A DNA stretch of 64,000 bases from an uncultured Anaerolineales bacterium (GTDB lineage: Bacteria; Chloroflexota; Anaerolineae; Anaerolineales; JABWBV01), in the NCBI GenBank assembly GCA_964489525.1, contig CAZAYY010000010.1:68934-132933 (forward strand), in the 5' to 3' direction. How positions within the stretch are numbered: the stretch's first letter is position 1; each line of letters starts with the position of its first letter. Shown here piece after piece: positions 56,233 through 63,753 of this stretch. The notes beneath the pieces were generated by a model. It was not told where the DNA came from. It did not search any database and worked only from the letters and a program-made list of their open reading frames with translations. A program made the translations under genes and the position numbers.

Positions 56233-57492
56233 ATGGTCGCAGCATTACGCAACTTCCAATTTACACGATTTCATGCCTGGGTACTTTTCCTGGGGGCTGT
56301 CATTCTTTCCGGTCTGGTAGCCGCAATTATGGTCTTTGCCCAGGGTTTGTGGATCACCAACCTGAACGACCTGGTGCCCTGGGGCTTATGGATTGGCATT
56401 GACCTTTCTTCCATCGCACTCAGTGCAGGCGCTTTCCTGCTTTCCGCTGTGGTGTACCTGGTTGGCATCAAAAAGTTTGAACCCATCGCTCGCACGGCTG
56501 TGTTTGTGGGCCTGATTGGTTACTCCATGGCGCTGATGACGCTGATTATGGACATTGGCCGCCCCGACCGCTTCTGGCATGCCCTGGCCTTCTGGAACTA
56601 CCACTCACCGCTCTGGGAAGTGTCCATGTGTATCGCCATGTACTTCACCGTGCTGCTGCTGGAAGCCATGCCCATCATCGCTCGCTGGGAGTGGCTGGCA
56701 AAAACCTTCCCCGTGCTGGCCAAAAAGATGACCCACATTCACCACTACGCTCCGGTTCTCGCCATTGCTGGCCTGGCCCTTTCGGTAATGCACCAATCAT
56801 CCCTCGGCGCAATGTACGGGATTATGAAAGCCCGCCCAATTTGGTACCGCCCCAGCATGGCAGGCATGTTCATCCTCTCGGCGATGATTGCCGGGCCCGC
56901 CCTGACCCTGCTGATTTCCATGATCTCCGCCCGCCTGACCGACCGGGCCAAAGTGAACGATAAACTGGTGGAACAAGTTAGCTACTATATCGGTTGGGGA
57001 CTGGTCGCCATGCTTTATGTCCGCTTTTGGGACACCCTGGCCATGCACTACACCTACCAACCCGGGCGCACCGAAGGTCTGGAAATGCTGACCAAAGGTC
57101 AGCTGGCCTTCAACTTCTGGGGGCTGGAAATTTTCCTCGGCATCTTGCTGCCACTGGTGGTGCTGCTTACGGGCAAACTGCGCCGGATTCCGGTGGTGCG
57201 AATGATTGCCCTGGCCTCTGTGGTAATTGGGCTGATCGCCTTCCGCTGGGATACCAACATGGTCGGGCAGTTGGTGGTTTTTACCAATCTTTCGCAAACC
57301 TATGTGACCGGTTTTACCAGCTACACCCCGAATTTGATTGAAATTTTAGTTGGTGGCGCAGTGGTTGGCTATGGCATGCTCGCCATTTCACTCGGCATTC
57401 GCTACCTGCGGCTGGTGGACCACACCGACGTTCACGGCGAACATGAAGAAGCCCATGTTGAGCAGATGGTGCTCAGCCCTGCTGCCGATTGA
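56233..57492 (+). CDS. NrfD/PsrC-family polytopic membrane quinol-interacting subunit
   Basis: Start at ATG 56233 (AGGAG upstream), 11 nt after the Fe-S gene stop. About 10 TM helices. Gene order follows the NrfC-like gene. Confidence 0.85.
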   Translation: MVAALRNFQFTRFHAWVLFLGAVILSGLVAAIMVFAQGLWITNLNDLVPWGLWIGIDLSSIALSAGAFLLSAVVYLVGIKKFEPIARTAVFVGLIGYSMALMTLIMDIGRPDRFWHALAFWNYHSPLWEVSMCIAMYFTVLLLEAMPIIARWEWLAKTFPVLAKKMTHIHHYAPVLAIAGLALSVMHQSSLGAMYGIMKARPIWYRPSMAGMFILSAMIAGPALTLLISMISARLTDRAKVNDKLVEQVSYYIGWGLVAMLYVRFWDTLAMHYTYQPGRTEGLEMLTKGQLAFNFWGLEIFLGILLPLVVLLTGKLRRIPVVRMIALASVVIGLIAFRWDTNMVGQLVVFTNLSQTYVTGFTSYTPNLIEILVGGAVVGYGMLAISLGIRYLRLVDHTDVHGEHEEAHVEQMVLSPAAD

Positions 57493-57520
57493 TTGACTTT
57501 GCCTCTCATTTTCTCCTCCT

Positions 57521-57556
57521 TCCAAACCTGCCGTGCAAAATTGCACGGCAGGTTTG
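57521..57556. terminator. 16-bp perfect hairpin between convergent operons
   Basis: CCAAACCTGCCGTGCA-AAAT-TGCACGGCAGGTTTGG. Only a weak T-run follows. Confidence 0.5.
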
Positions 57557-57758
57557 GTTATAAGGGAATCGGTAAAAATGGTTTGTAACTGCGTTTTTTT
57601 TTACCGGAAATATTTGCGGATTTGTGCGAAGGGTGGTTTGGAACCTTAATCCTGCTGGTACGGGCGCAAGGTCAGGCTGGCAACTCACAGCACACTCGCC
57701 CCTCCACCCCTCACCGCCCAAACGATTAAGCCCGATTTGTCGTGCGCCAATTAAACGA

Positions 57759-57799
57759 TTCTGGCCGGTCGGGGTTCAAAACCCACAAACCGGCCAGAA
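57759..57799 (-). terminator. hairpin downstream of the minus-strand cytochrome operon
   Basis: TTCTGGCCGGT ... ACCGGCCAGAA (11-bp arms), 35 nt after the stop at 57834. Confidence 0.45.
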
Positions 57800-57833
57800 A
57801 ATCAATGGCATTTTAGGGAGAATTTATCCGGGA

Positions 57834-59561
57834 TTATTTTTCTGGCGCGCCTGCTTGAATCCAGGCCTGCAATGCTTCCAACTCATCGCCTAACATTTTG
57901 CCAAAATGGGGGGTAGATTGGGTTTGGCGAGTGAAAACCGGGCTGGCAGCAGGGTCACCCGGAACCAGGCCAGGCCCACTGCTTCCGCCTGCCAATGCGC
58001 CCGTATAAGTACTCAGGTCCAGGCTGCCTTCCGGATCTATCCCGCTATGACAGAAGATGCAGCGTCCATCAAAAACCGCCTTAAAAGTATCATCATAGGT
58101 TTGAGGGGCGCCAGGAATCAGGAAGGGGCTGGTGTTGAGCAAAATGTAGAGCTGTTGGTCCAAAATGGCAGTAAGCTCAGGCGCATTCAGGCCAATATAT
58201 TCCCAATCAGCGCCATGGCAGGCTTCATTACCACAGAAAGAGGTATCAATGGGTGGTTTGCCTTCCAACTTGGTGTAGAGAATTTTCGGGTCGCTGGGTG
58301 TGTGGCAGGCGGCACACGAGGAGTCAATCGCCTTACCATGCAGAGCGATCCAACTGCTGTGCGTATGGGATGCGGGCTGCTGTCCGGTGACAATTTCAAT
58401 ATTGCTGGTGAGTGCGCCGGGTTTGGAAATCACAGGTATGGCATGGCAAAGGTTGCACTCTAACCGGATGGCTTCCTGGGTAGAGGTGAGGTGTTTGCCA
58501 TCATGGCAGCGGAAGCAGCCAGGATCATCTTTGTGCCCCAGGTTGTTCGGGTGGGTGTCCCAATCAATAAGCTGGTCAGGAAAAACAATTTGGTTGTAGA
58601 TATCCTTCAAGGTAAAGACTGCCTGGTCAATTTCAGCCTGGCGGCTGGCATAAACTTCTGGGTAGTTCGCCTGGTAGTAAGCCGGCAGAGAATCAATCGC
58701 ATCGATGGCATCTGCGGCTTGTTCGTAAGATTTGTCAATGGCTTCTACGGCCAGTTGGTAAATGAAGGGCAAATCGGTGGAAATGAGCTGCTTTTTGATT
58801 GCCTCTGAAACCGCCTCTTCAGGTGTTGGCATGGAATGGGTTACTCGATTGTGGCAGGTAATGCAGTCCATCCGCTGCAGCGTGGCCCCGGCAACGTCGT
58901 TTGGTGTCAGCCCAGAAGCCAGGTCATAATATTCTTTGATGGTGCCATCCGGGTTGACAACGCGCACATAAGGAATCTCTTGCTCGCGGTCATCGGTAGC
59001 AAGGTAATAAACCTCACTTTCGATATGCCAGTGAATCCCAAGGCCCAGGCCTTCGCGCTGGCTTCCACCGCCTGTTTTCAGCACCAGGAAAGTGCTTTGG
59101 GGGGTGTTGGCTTCGTTATTCTGGTAGCTTCGCAGTTCCCGCAGGCTGTCATCGGAAAATTTTTCAGGGAAGTGACAGGTTTCGCAAGTCTCACGGGCCG
59201 GGCGCATGTTTTTGGCGTGGATTGGGTATTCGTAATCCTGTGTCACCATCACAACGACATGGCGCAGGTCGCCTGCTTTACGTGAAATACGGGTAGCGAT
59301 GAAGTCGCGTCCAATGTGACATTCAACACATTGAACCCGGGCATGCGGAGAACGCAGGTAAGCACTATACTCTGGCGGCATGGTATGGCAGGAAGTTCCA
59401 CAAAATTCGGTGGAATTGGTGTAATCCCAAACATAGGCACCCGCAGTCAGCATGGTCAGCGTGAGCACACCCAAAACTGCAAAGGGCATCAGGCGCAGGG
59501 CGACCGGTGTGCCCGGTGGGGGCAGAAAGAACCGTTTAATTGCAGTCCAAATAACCTTCAT
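57834..59561 (-). CDS. membrane-anchored multihaem cytochrome: NapC/NirT-like N-terminus plus further haem domains and a C-terminal PSCyt-like monohaem domain
   Basis: ATG 59561 with AGGAGG 5 nt upstream. N-terminal TM helix. Seven CxxCH motifs plus CGTSCH (CX3CH) and CGNEACH (CX4CH). C-terminal CIFCHSG...LDLSTY...GGSSGPGLVPGDP...WIQAGAPE. Confidence 0.88.
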   Translation of the reverse strand: MKVIWTAIKRFFLPPPGTPVALRLMPFAVLGVLTLTMLTAGAYVWDYTNSTEFCGTSCHTMPPEYSAYLRSPHARVQCVECHIGRDFIATRISRKAGDLRHVVVMVTQDYEYPIHAKNMRPARETCETCHFPEKFSDDSLRELRSYQNNEANTPQSTFLVLKTGGGSQREGLGLGIHWHIESEVYYLATDDREQEIPYVRVVNPDGTIKEYYDLASGLTPNDVAGATLQRMDCITCHNRVTHSMPTPEEAVSEAIKKQLISTDLPFIYQLAVEAIDKSYEQAADAIDAIDSLPAYYQANYPEVYASRQAEIDQAVFTLKDIYNQIVFPDQLIDWDTHPNNLGHKDDPGCFRCHDGKHLTSTQEAIRLECNLCHAIPVISKPGALTSNIEIVTGQQPASHTHSSWIALHGKAIDSSCAACHTPSDPKILYTKLEGKPPIDTSFCGNEACHGADWEYIGLNAPELTAILDQQLYILLNTSPFLIPGAPQTYDDTFKAVFDGRCIFCHSGIDPEGSLDLSTYTGALAGGSSGPGLVPGDPAASPVFTRQTQSTPHFGKMLGDELEALQAWIQAGAPEK

Positions 59562-59687
59562 CACAACCTCCTTGTAAGAACACAGTTTGTGAAAAAAATC
59601 GCAACCTGTCCCAGGAACGCTGAGAGCCTGCCTGCGGCAGACTCTCAGCCCTCCCCGATTAAATTTTCAACAGCCTTTGAACGACTG

Positions 59688-60851
59688 CTATTCTTCCGGT
59701 GCGCCGTTGGCAATCCAGATTCGGATGGCTGCGGCCTCGCCAGGGGTCAGGCGCCCGGCATGCGAATCCATACGGGTTGGCCAAATGACCACAAGGCTGA
59801 CACCCGGCCCGCCGGGCACAATCGCCGGACCCGAATCGCCACCTTTAAAGGCGCCTGCCAGGGTTTCCAGGTCGAGGTTGGCCTCACCATTACGAGGGTT
59901 ATGGCAGTCGGCACAGCGGTTAGTAAACACGGCGCCAATGCCGTTTGCCCAGGTATCCCCATACAACCGGGCACTCTCGGGCACAGGCGCACTGGGCGGG
60001 CGCGGGGTTGGGGTCAGGGGAACAAATACTTCAACCTTTTCCAGTTCTGGCACGGCCGCTACGGCGGTTTGTTCGCTGGCCACGAACCAGACAATCCCAA
60101 CAATCCACACCAGAGCAACCAGACCATACCCAATCGCAAAGCGAGTTTTGCGCTGTTGAACGCGGGTGGGGTCATCTTTGAGCGGGGGCGGGGCGTGCAG
60201 CGCCAATGGGTGTTCGTGTTCCATTTCCTTGCGGGAAAGATACCCCGTATACATGCTTTTGTTAAACATCTTCACGAACACGCCGTAAAAATGCCAAAGC
60301 ACAATGGAAAGTGCAGCCAGGACGGCCTCACCACCGTGGGCAGCCTTGGCTGCCGGGATAAGCTCGCCGGGGAAAAGTTCTGCCGCGGTGATGGGATTCC
60401 ACATGAAAAAGCCGGTAACCACCATCACAATGGTGCCCCAAATCAAAGCCCAGTATTCCATCTTCTCTTCAAAGGTATAGAATCCTTGCTTAGGCGGGGT
60501 TTTGGCAAAGCCAAAGTTATATTTCAACGTTTCCCAACCATTTTTTACATCATCCAAACCCGGCAACATCGTCAACGGGCCGCGCTTTACATACCAGTGG
60601 TAAATGGCATAACCGATATGCCACAAGGTAACGACGAAAAGCACAACCGCCGAAATTCGGTGGATAATGCGGGTAATTTCGATCCCTCCCAGGAGGTTGA
60701 TAATAAACACCGATATCCCAGCATCCAGGTATTTTTGCGGCAAACCTGTGATAACGAGGATAATGAACGAAATCCCGTTGGTCCAATGCTCAATCCGGCG
60801 AATGAGCGGGAAGCGCAAATAGCGTTCTGGAATTTTTTCGCTCGTGCTCAT
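59688..60851 (-). CDS. b-type cytochrome (Ni_hydr_CYTB/FdnI-like 4-TM) fused to a C-terminal PSCyt-like c-type haem domain
   Basis: ATG 60851 with GGAGGA upstream; the previous stop is at 60853. RRIEHWTNGISFIILVITG, HRISAVVLF, a further TM helix, then CADCHNPRNGEANLDLETL..GGDSGPAIVPG...WIANGAPEE. Confidence 0.8.
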   Translation of the reverse strand: MSTSEKIPERYLRFPLIRRIEHWTNGISFIILVITGLPQKYLDAGISVFIINLLGGIEITRIIHRISAVVLFVVTLWHIGYAIYHWYVKRGPLTMLPGLDDVKNGWETLKYNFGFAKTPPKQGFYTFEEKMEYWALIWGTIVMVVTGFFMWNPITAAELFPGELIPAAKAAHGGEAVLAALSIVLWHFYGVFVKMFNKSMYTGYLSRKEMEHEHPLALHAPPPLKDDPTRVQQRKTRFAIGYGLVALVWIVGIVWFVASEQTAVAAVPELEKVEVFVPLTPTPRPPSAPVPESARLYGDTWANGIGAVFTNRCADCHNPRNGEANLDLETLAGAFKGGDSGPAIVPGGPGVSLVVIWPTRMDSHAGRLTPGEAAAIRIWIANGAPEE

Positions 60852-60852
60852 G

Positions 60853-62040
60853 CTACTTTTCCTCCGAATGCGCATCTGTATGACTGTGTTGATATCCACC
60901 GCGAATATAGCGCCGGTAGAAATCTGAAACAACAAAGATGCTCATGAAGCCCAGCACGCCAGGAATGAACAGCTTGTAGAACAGGTCCACCAGATAAACA
61001 ATGGTATGGTTTTCCAAATCAGGTTCGTAGTGACTGAGCCAGGAATCGGAAAAATTTGGGGTGGCATCGGGGTGGCAGTTCTGGCACGTGGAGAGGATAT
61101 TTTGCTTGATTAGCTCGACAGATGCTGCGTCGCCCGGGTCAACAATATTATGGACACCATGGCAGTCAATACATACCGGTTTGTTGGTTTCCTGGTCAGG
61201 GGTGGTCTTTTCAAAAATGGTGACGGTCGTCCCGTGAAAATCGGCAATGTAGGTATCGAACACGTTGGTGTTGATATCGTAACGTGCCATCATCTCTTCG
61301 TCCGTGTGGCACTCCGCACAAATGGTGGGCGAGTGGAGTTTGAAGCCCTCCTGAACAATGGGACCGACATTCCCGTGATTATCGTGGCAGTCGGCGCAGG
61401 TTGGTACATCGGGATTAAAGTCTTCCACCAGTGCGGTACCGTGGACACTATCTTTGTACAGGTCATAGATGCTGCTGTGGCACTTCTGGCAGGCAAGGGC
61501 GATTTTGGCGCGAGAGCCGCCAAATTCCTCAATGCTGTGGGAACCGTGACAATCAGAGCAAACGGCAGCGTTCTGGTCTCCTTCAGCCAGCAGAATAGCG
61601 TGGTCGCCAGCTTTGTAAATATCATAAACCGGCTGGTGGCAGGTGCCGCAGGTTTGGTTCATTCGAATGGTTGCCTCGCGGGCGGTTTGCGGGGTGAAAT
61701 CATCGTGGGGGTAGCCAGTGATGTCGGTATGGCACTGCACACACGCATACTTCAGGCGTCCGTGAATGGAAGTTTTATAGAGAACGGAATCAACGGTCAG
61801 ATTCAAAACCTCACCGCTGGGCAGCGGCATGTACATCTCCGGCTGCTCGTGGCATTCCAGGCATTGATCGTTGCTCATGGGCACCACACCAATGGGCGGA
61901 GGGGGGGTGGAAGATGGGCTATCCGCCGCCAGTGTTGGGGCGGCTGAAAGCGCCAGCAGAACAATCGCTGTGAGCAGCGCAGCAACCAGCCAGGCCCAAC
62001 TGGGTGGGGAAAGCTTTCCATGGGTTTGCTTAGGCGTCAT
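60853..62040 (-). CDS. nonahaem c-type cytochrome with signal peptide and C-terminal TM anchor
   Basis: Nine CxxCH motifs: CLECH, CVQCH, CGTCH, CSDCH, CQKCH, CADCH, CAECH, CIDCH, CQNCH. ATG 62040 is preferred (AAGGAG 7 nt upstream). The alternative ATG 62073 overlaps the upstream stop (TAATG). Confidence 0.85.
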   Translation of the reverse strand: MTPKQTHGKLSPPSWAWLVAALLTAIVLLALSAAPTLAADSPSSTPPPPIGVVPMSNDQCLECHEQPEMYMPLPSGEVLNLTVDSVLYKTSIHGRLKYACVQCHTDITGYPHDDFTPQTAREATIRMNQTCGTCHQPVYDIYKAGDHAILLAEGDQNAAVCSDCHGSHSIEEFGGSRAKIALACQKCHSSIYDLYKDSVHGTALVEDFNPDVPTCADCHDNHGNVGPIVQEGFKLHSPTICAECHTDEEMMARYDINTNVFDTYIADFHGTTVTIFEKTTPDQETNKPVCIDCHGVHNIVDPGDAASVELIKQNILSTCQNCHPDATPNFSDSWLSHYEPDLENHTIVYLVDLFYKLFIPGVLGFMSIFVVSDFYRRYIRGGYQHSHTDAHSEEK

Positions 62041-62072
62041 AACACGCTCCTTAGGTTCGTAGTGGGGTTCCA

Positions 62073-63353
62073 TTACGAATCGGGGGTTGCAGTTGGTTCA
62101 GGTGCCGGAGTGGGCTCGGGGGTGGGTTGTGGCGGGGTGTGGTAGCCACGAGCAGCGGTTGCCAACATGTCCATATCCTTTTCAGTCGCCAATGGACCAT
62201 GGCAGTGTTTGCAGGCATAGTCCAGGGTGATGTAGGGCATTGCATATTCCCCATCGGCGCTGAACTGAGCAGCATTCGGGTTGGGGTTAATCGAAAAGAC
62301 ATGCGAACTCAGGTCACCGGTAAAGCGATCGAGGTTACCAACAGCCGAAAGACCGGTGGGCGGCATATGGCAATCGGTGCAGAACAGGGCAAAGTGTTTA
62401 CGAACAGCGGAATATGCGGCCTGTTCCCAGTGGCAGGTATCACAGGTTTGTGTGATGCCAGCGTTGGGGTTAAGCGTAACATCCGTGTAAACGCTGCTGG
62501 AGTGAGGATCGTGGCAGCCAATACAACCAATCGCAAAGTGTTCATTGTTGTGAAGCTGGTCATACTGCACATACTGTTCCGAAAAACCATCGGCAGCATC
62601 GATGCGAGAGTCGCCGCGTGAGTGGCATTCTCCACACGCCTGGGAACTGCGGTCAACTTCCATGGCAACGCCATAAGGGTCAGCCACATGCAGGCTGCCC
62701 GGTCCATGACAGGCTTCGCACTGCACACCTTCAAAGGCCCAGGTACCAATCAGGCCGGGTTTGTCATCCTGGAAGCCCCTGGTGCTGTAGCCAGTGGTAT
62801 GGCATTGCCCACAGCTGAAGGCCAGGTTTTCCGGATTACCATGGTAGGGTGCCCAACTGGGATTCAGTTTTAGGGTTGAATTGGCAAGGTTGTATTGGCT
62901 GAGGTAATCGGCAACGCCAGTCTGCCCGGGCGGGTTGGCAATCAGATAGCCATCCTGGTTGACAAACTGGGCTTTCCAGGCAAAACCACCAATCACATAG
63001 GCGATATCATCCCACGAATACCCTTCGGGGGGATTGGGTACGCCGCCAGTCTGCCCGTCATATGGGAAAACCGGGGCAGCGCCTTCGATTTTGGTGAGGT
63101 TATAGGGGTGACCGGAAAGCTGGTATTTGGTGTAAGCATCCTCATGACACTCAGCACACTTACCCACCCCGACATATTCCCTGCTCACGACAGCGTCATC
63201 GCCCGGAGGGCCGGCAGGCCCTTGTGGCCCGGCGGGGCCTGCTGGACCGATAGGCCCAGGTTCAGGGGCCGATTGCGTTCCGGCACAACCGACCAGCAAT
63301 AAGGCCAGCACACCAAGAAGGGCGATCATCATTAATGTTTGTTTAAATTTCAT
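62073..63353 (-). CDS. octahaem c-type cytochrome lipoprotein with short collagen-like G-X-Y tract and Pro/Thr-rich C-terminus
   Basis: AAGGAGAA RBS. Lipobox LLLVGC. GPIGPAGPAGPQGPAGPPG. Eight CxxCH motifs: CAECH, CGQCH, CEACH, CGECH, CIGCH, CDTCH, CTDCH, CKHCH. Confidence 0.88.
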   Translation of the reverse strand: MKFKQTLMMIALLGVLALLLVGCAGTQSAPEPGPIGPAGPAGPQGPAGPPGDDAVVSREYVGVGKCAECHEDAYTKYQLSGHPYNLTKIEGAAPVFPYDGQTGGVPNPPEGYSWDDIAYVIGGFAWKAQFVNQDGYLIANPPGQTGVADYLSQYNLANSTLKLNPSWAPYHGNPENLAFSCGQCHTTGYSTRGFQDDKPGLIGTWAFEGVQCEACHGPGSLHVADPYGVAMEVDRSSQACGECHSRGDSRIDAADGFSEQYVQYDQLHNNEHFAIGCIGCHDPHSSSVYTDVTLNPNAGITQTCDTCHWEQAAYSAVRKHFALFCTDCHMPPTGLSAVGNLDRFTGDLSSHVFSINPNPNAAQFSADGEYAMPYITLDYACKHCHGPLATEKDMDMLATAARGYHTPPQPTPEPTPAPEPTATPDS

Positions 63354-63438
63354 CAGGCTTTTCTCCTTCTGGACGCCAAAAGATTAATGTAAGGTGAAGT
63401 GCAAGTAATTATACATATATTTCCAATTCCGGGTAGTA

Positions 63439-63529
63439 TGACAAATGTCCCGCTGAAGAAGGGACATTTGTCATGAAAAAACAGGACGAAAATGGCAAAT
63501 GTCCTGTGAAAATGGGGACAAATGGACTG
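63439..63529. promoter_or_regulatory. two further copies of the TGTCCC/GGGACA inverted-repeat motif in the divergent cytochrome-operon/ccmE intergenic region
   Basis: Perfect palindrome TGACAAATGTCCC-N9-GGGACATTTGTCA (63439-63473). The 35-bp copy at 63495-63529 is 26/35 identical to 51358-51392. An extra CAAATATTTG palindrome lies at 63531-63540. Confidence 0.5.
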
Positions 63530-63584
63530 GCAAATATTTGAATATATTGATATGATGGTGTTTACAATCAAATACGTGGAGAGG

Positions 63585-63613
63585 ATGGGCGAGATGCTTT
63601 CTCGCCCATTTTT
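63585..63613 (+). terminator. terminator-like hairpin in the ccmE upstream region
   Basis: ATGGGCGAG-N7-CTCGCCCAT followed by TTTT. About 140 nt upstream of ccmE. Strand-specific: the T-run is on the plus strand only. Confidence 0.4.
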
Positions 63614-63753
63614 CGTCAACCCAAATGGTTTCTAAACGAACCTTAATCAATACAACAGGGAGGGAAAACCCCTGACGGTATAATCGGTTGTGAGGCGAAA
63701 GTCTTTCCACAAAAACACGCAATGAGTAACTATCTTATTTTTTGGAGGCAAGT

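Noticed and set aside
54483-63353. Calling the island a nitrite (Nrf), hydroxylamine (Hao) or tetrathionate (Otr) reductase locus, or ACIII
   Set aside because: None of these fits. There is no CxxCK haem motif, no tyrosine-crosslink context I can recognise, no ActB-type molybdopterin-like domain, and no ActDEF. The assignment would be guesswork without HMM or structural comparison.
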